This document shows positions 34,266 to 49,025 of a stretch of 64,000 bases of DNA, one piece after another. The translations under genes and the position numbers were made by a program. Every line of letters starts with the position of its first letter. The stretch's first letter is position 1. Source of the stretch: Eledone cirrhosa (Eukaryota). The notes beneath the pieces were generated by a model. The model was not told the DNA's origin and searched no databases. It was given only the letters and a program-made list of their open reading frames with translations. The DNA lies in contig OZ024757.1 of assembly GCA_964016885.1 (NCBI GenBank), forward strand, positions 31,930,001 through 31,994,000. The letters run 5' to 3'.

Positions 34266-34452
34266 GCGGTGGATTGGCAGTATCGGTAGAGGGTCGGACG
34301 CCATGCTTTCCAGCATAGTTACGTCCCTTTACGATCTGAGTTCAAATCCCGCCGAGGTTGACTTTGCCTTTCATCGTTATGGGGTCGATAAAATAAAGTA
34401 CCAGTAATGTACTGGGTAATTGCTGGCCTTGTGCCTAAAGTAGAAACAATTA
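34266..34452 (+). mobile_element. tRNA-derived SINE family B (about 185 bp); tandem partner 34095-34262; copies 160-336, 2232-2413, 19385-19564, 25102-25283, 28710-28900, 57400-57555 (all -) and 7180-7380, 8836-9007, 30595-30790, 45365-45580 (+)
   Basis: B box GAGTTCAAATCC; body GCCTTTCATCCTTACGGGGTCGATAAAATAAAGTACCAG; several copies have 15-18 bp TSDs. Confidence 0.88.
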
Positions 34453-35984
34453 TTATGTGTGTGTGGTGTGACAATGAAATACTGCCACTTCCATAATTTC
34501 CTCACTTGTGAGGTAGGTCAAACAGAAAATGTATAGGCGAGAGCAGTGCCAGATATCAGGCCCTGCACCTGATAACTGGACATGATTAAGGAAGATCTCC
34601 AGAGGCCCGACATCACCTTGGCGGACGCAGATGAGCTGGCACAGAGATGGAGGTCACTGGTGAATGCCACTGTGACCACTCACCAGGATGATCTCAGACC
34701 CATCGAGTAAAAGCAATAAATCTAGAGATCCATACAGTTGTGTTCTATATTTAGCCAATTTGATACCAACCCATCTACATAGCAACTCTCTACCAAACAT
34801 TAAAGATACCAGCACTCGACTCTGTTTTAAGATCATGCAGACTGCATTGGTTCAGACTCGTGAATTGTAGTGATGGGTGGATACACCGATGAATCAAGTT
34901 TGTGGCCCTTGGTTGATGGGCAAAGGGGTGACCATGTAAGACCTGGGAAGAGGTAATCAGGGATGATCTAAAAGCCAGGACCTGGACCAAAACCTACCTC
35001 TGGAACAAACACTCTGGAAAGATGCTTTGAAAGAGGCTACCAAAACGTCAAATGCTTGTGACAAGTAAAGAAGCCTTTAACACTGGCCAGAATTGTTTCA
35101 CTTCTTTCTGTTCAAACCGGCCATAACCAGTTGCTCATTCTGATGTTAAGGTATTGTTCTCAAAATAAATAATATCAAAATCTCATAGATTTGATATTAT
35201 GAGAGAGAATTATGTGAGGTAAAGCTTTTACCATGAAAATACAATAGTAAATATAGAGTAATGTAAATATTATGTGAGGTAAAGCCTTTACCATGAAAAT
35301 ACAATAGTAAATATAGAGTAATGTAAATGCTAAAGGGTTAAACCAGATGAAGATGAATTATAAGCTTCATTAGAACGTCGGATAGAATACTTTCTGCTCT
35401 CTGGGTTCAAATTCTACCTAGGTTAACTTCCCCTTTGATCCTTTCAAGGTCAATGAAATAAATACCAATCTCGTACTGGGATCGATTCTCTCCACCCCCC
35501 TCTCTCTCTCTCTTTGCAAGAAACTGGCTCTGTTTAGACGTGGATAGGGGATGGGCTCTGCTAGGTTTAACATGGCTAAGCCATGCCATATATCAATGAA
35601 AGAATATCTTAAAGTTTACCCAAGCCAAATGTATTTATTAACATTTCCATCTGCAGGTTCTTAGCAAGCTTACTGGAGCTTTAGTATGGTATTCAATTCT
35701 CATATCGTTTTTGATTGATATGGTGCATATATCGCAGCTATTCATATGTTTTAAACATTAGATAACGATTGCTGATGTATATTGTACGACAGAATTAGCT
35801 GAAAAATATTTTGAATGAACAAATAAAAGAGATATAAAAGAGAGATGTTTGTTGGTTGGTTCCTTCGCGTATCACACGAAAAAAACCGAAAGTGACAATC
35901 GGAAAGTATGTACAGGAGTGGGATAAGAGTATATCCATGAAAGTTTGGGTTTCACGTGACGTGGGTTTATATATACTCACTTTG

Positions 35985-36317
35985 GCGCTAAACTCCGCCA
36001 TTTGCAGACTGCGCATCAACATGAGATATTTTTCCCCACAAAGTTCGATCACCAACAGCAGAGTTTAAAGAGCAAAGATCAAGTCCAGTCCATAGGTTGA
36101 CATTATCAAGCCATCTTTTTGGCTGCCGGCCCCTGCTTCTCTTACTAGCAAACCTTCCTTCCAGACATAACCTACTCACACCACGAGTTGATCGTTTTAT
36201 ATGACCGTATAGTTTGAGTACTCTTGACTTGACAATTGATGTAATTGGTCTAAGCCTGGTAATGTTGAGCAGCTCACTGATACAGATATGGTCGCTGAGC
36301 CGCTTGCCAGTCATAAT

Positions 36318-36322
<5 letters not shown>
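35985..36322 (-). mobile_element. RTE-clade LINE 3' fragment
   Basis: LKLYGHIKR..LEGRFASKRSRGRQPKRWLDNV..DRTLW. Confidence 0.82.
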
Positions 36323-36360
<38 letters not shown>

Positions 36361-36694
36361 ACCTTTATTGAGTCCTCTTTGGATTTTGGTCTTAGTATTT
36401 ATTATTACTACTACATATATATATTCTATACAAGCAGTCAAAGCGCTAGGCAGTTTGAAATTCTGGCCACTCTTTTCGGTCCATAGGAGTATTTTACCAG
36501 ATTTTCTAACGTATTTATAGCAATCGACTGTTATTGCAGTTATTTCCTGCGCTTGGGAGTCCTACATTTCTAAATAGCTCTGCCAGCGCGTCTGTCTCAC
36601 CATCCTCCGGGGAAACGCCTTCTCGATTCTGTTCGCCAGAGCCGCGGGCTCCCATTTACTCATAATAGTGAGAAATGGGGAGAGCAGGAGAAAT

Positions 36695-36833
36695 GTAGGC
36701 AGTGACAGTGGGAGACGGGGAGAGTCGGAAAGACGTAGGCAGCGACAGTGGGAGACGGGGAGAGTCGGAAAGACGTAGGCAGCGACAGTGGGAGACGGGG
36801 AGAGTCGGAAAGACGTAGGCAGTGGCAGTGGGA
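36695..36833. repeat. 40-bp tandem repeat, about 3.4 copies
   Basis: GTAGGCAGCGACAGTGGGAGACGGGGAGAGTCGGAAAGAC. Confidence 0.85.
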
Positions 36834-38114
36834 GTTTGGTTCCTTTTTGTTCGGACCTAGTGTGTGAGTATATCTTTCACAGACACATAGTCACTAAAAC
36901 AGCTCGTGATTCCTTTTAAATCACCGATACTCTACTACTACAAGTATCGAGTACTCTGTTCAGTAATGGTCTAACTAGCTTTAAACTGCTTCTATCCCGA
37001 TATATAAGAATAGGAGTATCATTGTCTATTATTTCCTCATAATTTTAATTTGATAAATAGCTCTAATTATGGAATTATTTAAATTCTTTTGATTATTTAA
37101 ACTGTTTCGGCCATTGAGAAAAATTGTTTAAGGCGGACATCACACACACATATACATATGTCTGTCTGTATATCATTACTATATTGTCCCTAACTTCCTT
37201 ATGGTCGAGTTAACCAGGCGTGTGGTAACTGATCTTTCTAGCCAATACGGTACTCGCTTATTGTCCACCATTACTTCCTGTGTGTGACCACTGTATCACG
37301 TGTTCATTTCTACCTCCACCTTTCGAGAATTCCTCACTTGTGACAAAACAGTTCACTAACCGAGAAGTCCCTTGATAAGTCTTATTTACCTCACAGAGAT
37401 GGCGCACTTCTAGGGTGCACAAATTGCAGGAAACTCATTCGATAAAACTGCAGTCGGGACTTTGAAGAATAAAAAAGGTACATTTTTGCCTATCATTTTC
37501 TAGTATTTTTAATTTGATATATATACTTGTATATTGGAAATATATATATGTATATATATTTATTAAAATAGATTAAAGTTTCAGCAAAGAATCCCTGCTT
37601 TAACTCAGAAGATCCCGTTAAGGATGAAAGCAGCGATTATTTGCTTAAACTTTAATCTGTTATTTTAATAAATATTTGCTCTACGGTTCTTATATATCTG
37701 ATATATATTTATCCTTATCGAGCCCTCTTTGGATTTTAGTCTTCAAATTTATTATTATTACTATTATTATTACTATATAATAGTTTATTTGAGTTGATAA
37801 TACAACCATATAATGGCAAAGAACATTTTAAAGCTCAATATGATTTTATAGTGCACAGCAAGATAGGAAAGAGACAGTTCAGAGTTTAATCCAATTGTTG
37901 AATTTCAAATCACCGTAGTTTTACAATCTCAGAAGATATATATATAAAAGAATAGGGAATAACCAAGGTTTAAATGAAATCATTTGACTTACAAGCCTTA
38001 TTCCTATATATATATATATATTTATTAAAATTTTGCTCTACGGTTCTTATATATTTGATATATATTTTCCTTATCGAGCCCTCTTTGGATTTTAGTCTTC
38101 AATTTTATTATTAT

Positions 38115-38159
<45 letters not shown>

Positions 38160-38233
38160 CACACACACACACCAGTAACTGTGTGTTTACACTCTTTACA
38201 AATTACCCCTGTAATTGTTTGATGTGTTTATTT

Positions 38234-38508
<275 letters not shown>

Positions 38509-38717
38509 TTCTACTTTTGATTTAATATAAATGCTCGGATTTACTACTTAGAATCTTTGAGCTTATTACACAGGAGGGTGGTTCTGATACGCTCAGCCAT
38601 GATATCCTTAATATAATTTTGGTACTATATATGTATATGTATATATATGTATATGTGTATATATGTATATATATGTATATATATGTATATATATGTATAT
38701 ATGTGTATATATGTATA

Positions 38718-38768
<51 letters not shown>

Positions 38769-40709
38769 TATGTATATCGGGAGGTGACCACAGTTAAGAA
38801 AGGTACTCAATACATTAGTAGAGTATAGGCATCTTTATTTTATTATAGAAATGATCTACAGGACTAGCACTGTTTCATTCGTAATAAATCATATATATAT
38901 ATATATATATATATATACATTATATTAATTATATGAGTGCTTTATATCAGTTATAAAACTTTTAAGTTTGTTGAATTCCAACAAATTAAATATAACCTTT
39001 GCATATATATACATATATTTATACACACACAGGGTGTCCCCCAAAATGTATACATACTTTGATTACCTGTACAGGTAATATTTATTATTACTGTTGAAGT
39101 GTATATATATTTTTGGAGACACCTTGTGTATGTATGTATATATATGGTGGCCCCAAAAGTTTGAGAGCCTCTGATCTAACGCCTGTCAATTCACTGCTTT
39201 GCTGCCTTCAACATATTACACATGCTATATATAACCGAACAAACACTGCACTTACACAGTAATTTCACAAACAAGCTATTCCATTGTTTAAAAAAAAACG
39301 AAGCATTCATTGTCGAAACCGACGGAAGTCCAACATTTACAACACATTTTTATGATCCCCTCCCACCCAAAATACATACGTTTTAATCAGACAAGCAGGG
39401 GTTATGTGCACTTGCACACACGCACATTTCTATAATGCTAAACAGAGTTACCTACCCTGCAACGTAGTTGGTGTGAGCGGTGACAGCACTAGAGAGAGAG
39501 AAAGAGACTATGTGGATATTTTCGTTGTTGTTTAGCCTCAGGTCAATCCGTGACCGAGCAGACCGATAATGAAAGAGTTTCCAGCCGTGACCATCCTGTC
39601 TTTTATCAATGTGCAGTAAATCTAGGACCACATTGTCCAATGTGTCAGTGATCTGAGGAAGCTGATTTAGCTATCATTTCTCAGAGATCGAGCGGTTCCT
39701 CCGTTAGCTCGACACTACATAGTGGTCACACAACATGCTAGGAACTGCAGCAAAATCTCCCTCCTGGAAAGAGGATAGGGTAGGATAATGTATGGGCCTG
39801 TAACTGCGAATGGAGTTATAGGGCTACTGTAGTGACATACGCTGTTTCTTAGGTTTTTTTTTTTTTTTACCAGTGAAGGAGAGAGGGTGTGGAGGTGCGT
39901 AGCCTAGTGGTAAGCGTGTTGAACTTACGGTCATAATGTCGTGGGTTCGATTCCTAGGCTGGGCTGGGTTGTGTGTGTTTCTTGAGCAAAACACTTCATT
40001 TTATGTTGCTCCTGTATATTCAGCTGAAAATGAGTACCAGCAATAGCTGGGGTTTAATCCTGCGATGGACTGGCGTCCTGTCCAGGGGGGGGGGGGGTCT
40101 TGTACTGTCAGTCGCTTCACGCCTTGAAACAGGGATAAGGACCGGCCAAATGAGGCTTCTGGCTTAAGTGGGGGTGATAGAGAGAAAGTGAGAAAGATAT
40201 TGACCTCAGTACTACACTGGTACCCTCTTTTATTTGATATTTTCACGTTGTGTTGATGGTAGTGCTGTTGTTGTTGGTGGCGTTGATGGTTTTAATGGTG
40301 TTGTTGGTGATGGTGGTGGTATTAATGGTGGTGTTGATAGTAGTGCTATTAGTGGTGATGGTGGCGATGGTACAAATGGTGTTGTTGTTGTTGGTGATAG
40401 TGATGATGGCAGTATTGGTGTTGTGGGTGGTGGTGGTATTGATGGTGATGATGTTGGTGGTGTTGATGATGTAGATGATAATGGCGTTGTTGATGATCAT
40501 GATGGTGTTGGTGGTATTAATGGTGGTGGTGGTATTAATGGTGGTGGTGGTGTTAATGGTGGTGGTGGTGGTATTAATGGTGGTGGTAGTATTAATGGTG
40601 TTGGTGGTGGAAGAAGTATTATGGTGGAGGTATGATGATTCATTTTTGGACGCCGCTTCAATCTTTTGAAAATCTTACAGAAGAGGAAGGTCGGGGTGGT
40701 TAGTTTAAA

Positions 40710-41285
40710 AAGTAGGTAGGTAGGTGTACAGGTAGGTAGGTAGATAGGTAGGTAGGTAGGTAGGTGTACAGGTGGGTAGGTAGGTAGGTGTACAGGTGGG
40801 TAGGTAGGTAGGTGTACAGGTGGGTAGGTAGGTGGGTATGTAGGTACGTGTACAGGTGGGTATGTAGGTACGTGTACAGGTGGCTAGGTAGGTAGGTAGG
40901 TAGGTGTTCAGGTGGGTGTACAGTTGGGTAGGTAGGTAAATAGGTGTACAGGTGGGTAAATAGGGAGGTAGGTAAATAGGTGTACAGGTAGGTAGGTAGG
41001 TAAATAGGTGTACAGATGGGTAGGTAGGGAGGTAGGTGTACAGGTAGGTAGGTAAATAGGTGTACAGGTGGGTAGGTAAATAGGTGTACAGGTAGGGAGG
41101 TAGGTAGGTGTACAGGTGGGTAGGTAGGGAGGTAGGTAGGTAAATAGGTGTACAGGTGGGTAGGTAGGTAAATAGGTGTACATGTAAGTAGGTAGGTGGG
41201 GGTATATTGATGGGTAGGTAGGTGTAAGGTAGGCAGGTTAATAGATACGATAGGGGGGGGGGTAGATAGGTGTGTAGGTAGGAAG
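40710..41285. repeat. (AGGT)n / GGTGTACAGGTGGGTAGGTA compound repeat
   Basis: Direct inspection. Confidence 0.85.
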
Positions 41286-41299
41286 TGGATAGATAAATA

Positions 41300-42093
41300 C
41301 AGGGTGAGTCAAAATTATGTTAACACTCGTATGGGAGAAACGATTTGGTGGGTCACGATCTGGAAATCGTTCAGCAAACTTTCGACGCACCGTTGTTGGC
41401 GAGACAAACACTTCGATCATACTTACCACCACCCTTCTTTGCTCCACCCTTCTTTGCTCTACCCTTCTTTGCACCACCCTTCTTTGCTCCACCCTTCTTT
41501 GCACCACCCTTCTTTGCTCCACCCTTCTTTGCTCCACCCTTCTTTGCTCCACCCTTCTTTGTTCCACCCTTCTTTGCTCCACCCTTCTTTGCACCACCCT
41601 TCTTTGCACCACCCTTCTTTGCTCCACCCTTCTTTGCTCCACCCTTCTTTGCTCCACCCTTCTTTGCCCCACCCTTCTTTGCTCCACCCTTCTTTGCACC
41701 ACCCTTCTTTGCTCCACCCTTCTTTGCTCCACCCTTCTTTGCACCACCCTTCTTTGCTCCACCCTTCATTGCTCCACCCTTCATTGCTCCACCCTTCATT
41801 GCTCCACCCTTCTTTGCTCCACCCTTCTTTGCTCCACCCTTCTTTGCTCCACCCTTCTTTGCTCCACCCTTCTTTGCTCCACCCTTCTTTGCACCACCCT
41901 TCTTTGCACCACCCTTCTTTGCACCACCCTTCATTGCTCCACCCTTCATTGCTCCACCCTTTTTTGCTCCACCCTTCTTTGCTCCACCCTTCTTTGCTCC
42001 ACCCTTCTTTGCTCCAATGTGAGTCTGTCAGCCATGGGGAACGTCTAGATGTAACAGAACAGAAAAGTGTTAACATAATTTTGACTCACCCTG
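41300..42093 (-). mobile_element. Non-autonomous Tc1/mariner element with 28-bp TIRs and TA TSD, carrying a transposase N-terminus with an internal 15-bp expansion
   Basis: TA|CAGGGTGAGTCAAAATTATGTTAACACT ... AGTGTTAACATAATTTTGACTCACCCTG|TA; minus frame MADRLTL(EQRRV)n [30 protein letters not shown]. Confidence 0.88.
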
Positions 42094-42521
42094 TATATAA
42101 AGTCTTTTAGTGTAAAGGTAATGTTGGTAGGTAGGTAGGTAGGGGCGTGGGTGGATGTGTGGGTGGATGGGTAAATAGGTTGGTAGGCAGGTATTGGGAT
42201 ATATGGATTTATAAATGGACAATTGGGTTGGTGTGTACGTGTAAGTATTTATACATATATATTATATATATATATATATATATACTTAGTCATTCACACA
42301 CCTATATATATATAGGAACGAGTAGGACCCCGACGGCTGAGCTCAAGCCGTTTCGACGGCTAATTCTGTCGAGAATTAGCCGTCGAAACGGCTTGAGCTC
42401 AGCCGTCGGGGTCCTACTCGTTCCTATTACCCACTCTACTACCCTAAGTATTGAGTACTTTGGTGCGTTATGGTCCACCTGGTTCCTTACCACATTTTCT
42501 CCGTTATATATATATATATGT

Positions 42522-42593
<72 letters not shown>

Positions 42594-42626
42594 ATATATG
42601 TGTGTGTATATATGTGTGTGTATATA

Positions 42627-42717
<91 letters not shown>

Positions 42718-42816
42718 ATAGGTGTGTGTGTATATATATGTGTGTGTGTATATATATGTGTGTGTGTGTATATATATGTGTGTGTGTGTATATATATGTG
42801 TGTGTGTGTATATATA

Positions 42817-42863
<47 letters not shown>

Positions 42864-43147
42864 ATATATATATGTACACACATGCAGACACACACACACA
42901 TATATATATTGTTATACTTGGGGAGGGTCATATTGTTGTAATAATATAGCCAGAAATATTAACAGATCACACTCACTGTTTGGTTGGTTTTCGCTTCTGC
43001 ATCTTTTATATCCCCATAGTTAATTTATTTGGCAATCAACGTTTATCATTGATTGACCAGTGGTTAAAAATACAGATATAAACATATATATATATATATA
43101 GTCTATCAAAGTTCTTTCGTTGCACTATGTCCCCTCCTATTGTATTG

Positions 43148-43182
<35 letters not shown>

Positions 43183-43544
43183 GTGTGCGTGTGTGGTATT
43201 GAGTACTTATTCTACCATCTTTCAACATTACACGAGTTTATATAAAATAAAGAATATTATAAATAGCATATACTCTCGGGTCTCGAATAATGCCCCCCCC
43301 CCTCCCCTCGCCTCGTTTATTAATTTTTCAGATTTTGTTTTCCACTCTCCACCCCCGCTTATTACATTTTGCTAATCTACCTCAGGCGAAAATTTATTTT
43401 AAGTGGTAACATTCTTGCAACAATTAATTTTTTTCTACATAAAAAAAGACCCCATTATGCATGACAAAAAATATATTATTAGAAATCCATTACGTTATAA
43501 AATAAATAGAATTGGGTGGGGGTCTCAATATGTAAATTTTTTCT

Positions 43545-44930
43545 TCTTCTTCGTCCACTTATTCCTGAAAGGGTCGTGCGAGCAGAGTCCTCAAATATTC
43601 CCCCCAGTGGGTCCTGTCAGAAGCAACCGTCTCTAACTGATCCGGCTGGATCCCCAAGCATGATCAGCCAAGCTCATGGATGTAATCCAACCATCTTGCT
43701 TGGAGTCTGCCCCTGGGTCTCCTACCTGTTGGTTTTGCCCGTAAAATCTGTCCAGCGATTCTTTCTTGAGACATTCTAACCACATGTCCATAGTATCGGA
43801 GCTGTGGTCTCTCAATTCAGAGAAGTAGCGGCTCTACCTGGAGTGACTCTCTGGTCTCTGAGCTACATATTCTTTCCTGAGACATTCTAACCACATGCCC
43901 ATAGTATCGGAGCTGTGATCTCTCAATTCAGAGAAGTAGCAGCTCTACCTGGAGTGACTCTCTGGTCTCTGAGCTACATATTCTTTCCTGAGACATTCTA
44001 ACCACATGTCCATAGTATCGGAGCTGTGATCTCTCAATTCAGAGAAGTAGCGGCTCTACCTGGAGTGACTCTCTGGTCTCTGAGCTACATATTCTTTCCT
44101 GAGACATTCTAACCACATGCCCATAGTATCGGAGCTGTGGTCTCTCAATTCAGAGAAGTAGCAGCTCTACCTGGAGTGACTCTCTGGTCTCTGAGCTACA
44201 TATTCTTTCTTGAGACATTCTAACCACATGTCCATAGTATCGGAGCTGTGATCTCTCAATTCAGAGAAGTAGCGGCTCTACCTGGAGTGACTCTCTGGTC
44301 TCTGAGCTACATATTCTTTCCTGAGACATTCTAACCACATGCCCATAGTATCGGAGCTGTGATCTCTCAATTCAGAGAAGTAGCGGCTCTACCTGGAGTG
44401 ACTCTCTGGTCTCTGAGCTACATATTCTTTCCTGAGACATTCTAACCACATGCCCATAGTATCGGAGCTGTGGTCTCTCAATTCAGAGAAGTAGCGGCTC
44501 TACCTGGAGTGACTCTCTGGTCTCTGAGCTACATATTCTTTCCTGAGACATTCTAACCACATGTCCATAGTATCAGAGCTGTGATCTCTCAATTCAGAGA
44601 AGTAGCGGCTCTACTTTGTGGGACTCTATGATCTCCGAGCTACATATTCTTTCCTGAGACATTCTAACCACATGTCCATAGTATCAGAGCTGTGATCTCT
44701 CAATTCAGAGAAGTAGTGGCTCTACTTTGTGGGACTCTATGATCTCCGAGCTACTCACTCTATCAACTAACATCACTCCAAAGACCCTTCGGAGGAATCC
44801 CATTTCGGCCACTTATATTCGCGATCATATTCTTTCGGTCATTATCCAAAATTCATGACCATAGGTAAGAGTTGGCGCGAAAATCGAATTGAAGACAGCG
44901 AGTTTGGCATTTACGCCTACCTCCCTATGT
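43545..44930 (-). mobile_element. RTE LINE fragment containing about 9 tandem copies of a 111-bp internal unit (43768-44755); unexpanded relative at 18570-18930 (+)
   Basis: Unit starts at 43768, 43879, 43990, 44101...; translation VEPLLL*IERSQLRYYGHVVRMSQER. Confidence 0.85.
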
Positions 44931-45079
44931 AAACTAAACGACTAATTCTGGCTTTTTAAAACAATCAACGAATACAACCTAGAAAAATTACCGTTTTCCA
45001 GCCCTCGGCCGCTTATTCCAACTCTCTCTATTATTTGGGACCCGAAAGTATATACTACTGTTACACTTTACTGTGCCCT

Positions 45080-45300
45080 GTAGACGAGGCCGCAAAAATA
45101 TTCCCGCGGACAATGGCCAGCGACACCCGCGGACAATGGCCAGCGACACCCGCTGCAACAGCCACCAGACCTCGCGACGTGACTCCTTCCTCAGACGAGC
45201 CGCTGACGTTCCGATCTTGTGGAGGAGCTCGGCAGTACGGGGTCCAAGTACGCCCGAGGCCTCGACGTTGACCGGTGCGAAGAGGACTCGGCCGGACAAT
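45080..45300 (-). mobile_element. CRE-like RLE non-LTR retrotransposon C-terminal fragment
   Basis: FAPVNVEASGVLGPRTAELLHKIG...LLQRVSLAIVRG resembles the FxPxxxExxG..QRxSxAxxRG end of CRE-type ORFs; GC-rich island. Confidence 0.65.
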
Positions 45301-45926
45301 CCCCGATGTAACGCATATACAAATAGATATGTGTTTTGGTAGTTTGAGAAGAAAAATATAATAATTGGTTGATTGGCAGTATAGGTAGAGGGTCGGACGT
45401 CATGCTTTGCAGCATAGAGTTACGGCCCTTTATGATCTGAGTTCAAATCCCGCCATGGTTAACTTTGCCTTTCATCCTTACGGGGTCGATAAAATAAAGT
45501 ACCAGTCACGCACTGGGGTCGATTTAATCGACTTTCCCCTCCCCCCAAATCACTGGCCTTGTGCTTATATAAGAAACCATTGGTGGGGAGAGGGGGGTGG
45601 AGCAGCCCTCACCCCCACCACCACCAACCCTAACCCACCACACTACCCCAGTCCCACGCCCTGCATTACACGAGTAGAGGGTGTATATAAAATATTCTAT
45701 ATTTATCAATTAATTAATCAACTGATATATATATATATATATATATTTTTTTTTTAATATTAAAAGATCAAGAAGCAATAATTAAAATAAAGAACCCCAA
45801 CATTACAAATGGATTACTTTCAGAATATTTCATTTAAAAAACAATTTTTTTCTTCACCCCATTCTCCACCACACATTCTCTCTCTCTATCTCTCTCACTC
45901 ACTCACTCACTCACTCACTCACTCTC

Positions 45927-46017
<91 letters not shown>

Positions 46018-46164
46018 CTCACTCACTCACTCTCTCTCTCACTCTCTCACTCTCTATCTCTCTCACTCATCCCCCCCCCCCTCCTCATCTCTCTCTTTTC
46101 CACTTTTAAAAACAAAATGTCAATTATTTCAGGAATTCAAAGCAAGATGTTATCAGAAGCTGTA

Positions 46165-48241
46165 TAATGGTGGTGGTGGTTGTATGGTGGTGGTGGTGGT
46201 GGTGTGGTGGTGGTGGTTGTGTGGTGGTGGTGGTGGTGTTGTGGTGGTGGTTGTGTGGTGGTGGTGTTGTGGTGGTGGTTGTATGGTGGTGGTGGTGTGG
46301 TGGTGGTGGTTGTATGGTGGTGGTGGTGTTGTGGTGGTGGTTGTATGGTGGTGGTGGTGGTGGTGGTGTGGTGGTGGTGGTTGTATGGTGGTGGTGTGGT
46401 GGTGGTGGTTGTATGGTGGTGGTTGTATGGTGGTGGTGGTGTTGTGGTGGTGGTTGTATGGTGGTGGTGGTGGTGGTTGTATGGTGGTGGTTGTATGGTG
46501 GTGGTGGTTGTATGGTGGTGGTGGTTGTATGGTGGTGGTGGTGTTGTGGTGGTGGTTGTATGGTGGTAGTTGTGTGGTGGTGGTGGTGTTGTGGTGGTGG
46601 TGTTGTGTTGGTGGTTGTATGGTGGTGGTGTTGTGGTGGTGGTGTTGTGGTGGTGTTGTGGTGGTGGTGGTGTTGTGGTGGTGTTGTGGTGGTTGGTGGT
46701 TGTAGGTGGTGGTATTGGTGGTGGTGGTGGTGGTTGTATGGTGTTGTGGTGGTATTGGTGGTGGTATTGTGGTGGTGGTATTGTGGTGGTTGTATGGTGT
46801 TGTGGTGGTGGTGGTGTTGGTGGTTGTATGGTGGTGGTGGTTGTATGATGTTGTGGTTGTATGGTGGTGGTGGTGTTGTGGTGGTGGTTGTATGGTGGTG
46901 GTGGTGTTGTGGTGGTGGTTGTATGGTGGTGGTGGTGTTGTGGTTGTATGGTGGTGGTGGTGTTGTGGTTGTGTGGTGGTGGTGGTGTTGTGGTTGTGTG
47001 GTGGTGGTGGTTGTATGGTGGTGGTGGTGTTGTGGTGGTTGTATGGTGGTGGTTGTATGGTGGTGGTGGTTGTATGGTGGTGGTGGTGGTGGTGGTTGTA
47101 TGGTGGTGGTGTTGTGGTGGTGGTGTTGGTGGTTGTATGGTGGTGGTGTTGTGGTGGTGGTTGTATGATGGTGGTGTTGTGGTGGTGGTTGTATGTTGTT
47201 GTGGTGGTGGTTGTATGGTGGTGGTGGTGTTGTGGTGGTGGTTGTATGGTGGTGGTGTTGTAGTGGTGGTTGTATCGTGGTGGTTGTATCGTGGTGGTGT
47301 TGTGTTGGTAGTTGTATGGTGGTGGTGTTGTGGTTGTATGGTGGTGGTGTTGTGGTGGTGGTTGTATGATGGTGGTGTTGTGGTGGTGGTTGTATGTTGT
47401 TGTGGTGGTGGTTGGTGGTTGTATGGTGGTGGTGGTGTTGTGGTGGTGGTTGTATGGTGGTGGTTGTATGGTGGTGGTTGTATCGTGGTGGTGTTGTGTT
47501 GGTAGTTGTATGGTGGTGGTGGTGTGGTTGTATGGTGGTGGTGTTGTGGTGGTTGTATGGTGGTGGTGTTGTGGGGGTGGTTGTATGGTGGTGGTGTTGT
47601 GGTGGTGGTTGTATGGTGGTTGTATGGTGGTGGTGTTGTGGTGGTTGTATGGTGGTGGTGTTGTTGTGTTGGTGGGTGTATGGTGGTGGTGGTGGCTGTG
47701 GTAGTGTGGTGGTGGTGGTGTTGCTGGTGGTGTTAGTGGTGTTGGTGGTAGTGATGATGGTGTTATTGATGGTTGTGTGGGTGGTGGTGATGTCGTGGTG
47801 GGGTCGTGGTGGTGTTGTGGTGGTGTTAGTGGTGTTGGTGGTGATGTGGTCGTGGTGTTGCTGGTGGAGGCTCTGGTAGTGTGGTGGGGGTAGGGGTGGT
47901 GTTAGTGGTATTGATGGTGGTGATGTTGGTGGTGTGGGTGTTGTGTGGTGATGGTGGTGTTGTTGTGTGGTGATGGTGGTGTGGGTTGTGGTGGTTTTGT
48001 TATTGTGTGGTGGTGGTGGTTGTGGTGGTGGTGATGTGGTGTTATTGTGTGGTGGTGGTGTTGTGGTGGTGGTTGTATGGTGTTGGTAGTTTGGATTGGC
48101 TGTGGTGTCGTGTTGGTGGTGATGTTGTGAAGTGTCGTTGGTGTTAGTTGTGGTGTAGTGTTGGTGGTTGTGGTGGTTTGTTGGTGGTGCAGGTTGTAAG
48201 GTGATTGTGTTGGTGGTGGTAGTGTTCGTTGTGGTGATGTC

Positions 48242-48272
<31 letters not shown>

Positions 48273-49025
48273 TTGGTTGTACTCTTTGTGGTGTTCAGTA
48301 CCAGATCTACCATTAAGGTTAGGTGTGCTTAAGCAGAGATCTCCGTTGACCCGTGAGGCCCATCTTTTTCAAAAAAAAAAAAAAAAAAAAATTTACAATT
48401 AATTTTTCAAATGTTTGGCGCCTCATAACGTAACTAGCAGAACTGGATTTAGGGCTTCATTTGTCCTAAATTCGGAACTGGTGGTGTTGGTAGTACTGTT
48501 AGTGTTGTTGGTGGTGCTGGTGATGCTGTTGGTGGTGCTGTTAGTGTTGGTGGTAGTGCTGGTGGTGCTGTTGGTGGTATTGGTAGTGTTGGTGGTGCTG
48601 TTAGTGTGGTGGTAGTGGTATTGGTAGTGCTGTTTGTGTTGTTGGTGTTGCTGGTGGTGTTGTTGGTGTTGCTGGTGGTGCTGTTGTTGGTGGTGTTGGT
48701 GGTGCTGCTAGTGGTGTTGGTAGTGTTGTTGGTGTTGGTGGTGTTGGGAGTGCTGCTAGTGGTGTTGGTAGTGTTGTTAGTGTTGTTGTTGTTGTTGTTA
48801 GTGGTGTTGGTAGTGTTGGTGTTGTTGGTAGAGTTGTTCGTGGTATTGTTGTTGGTGTTGTTGTTGTTGGTAGTGCTGTTGCATTTGGTGTTGGTGTTGG
48901 TGCTGTTGTTGGTAGTGCTGTTGCATTTGGTGTTGGTGTTGGTGCTGTTGTTGGTAGTGCTGTTGCATTTGGTGTTGGTGTTGGTGCTGTTGTTGGTAGT
49001 GCTATTGCAGTTGGTGGTGGTTGCG
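46165..49025. repeat. Long (GGT/GTT)n low-complexity arrays, interrupted by a short element at about 48297-48480; similar tracts at 13170-14010, 40245-40630, 56390-57250, 58010-58650, 59810-60275, 62990-63770
   Basis: Trinucleotide-based G/T-skewed repeats. Confidence 0.9.
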
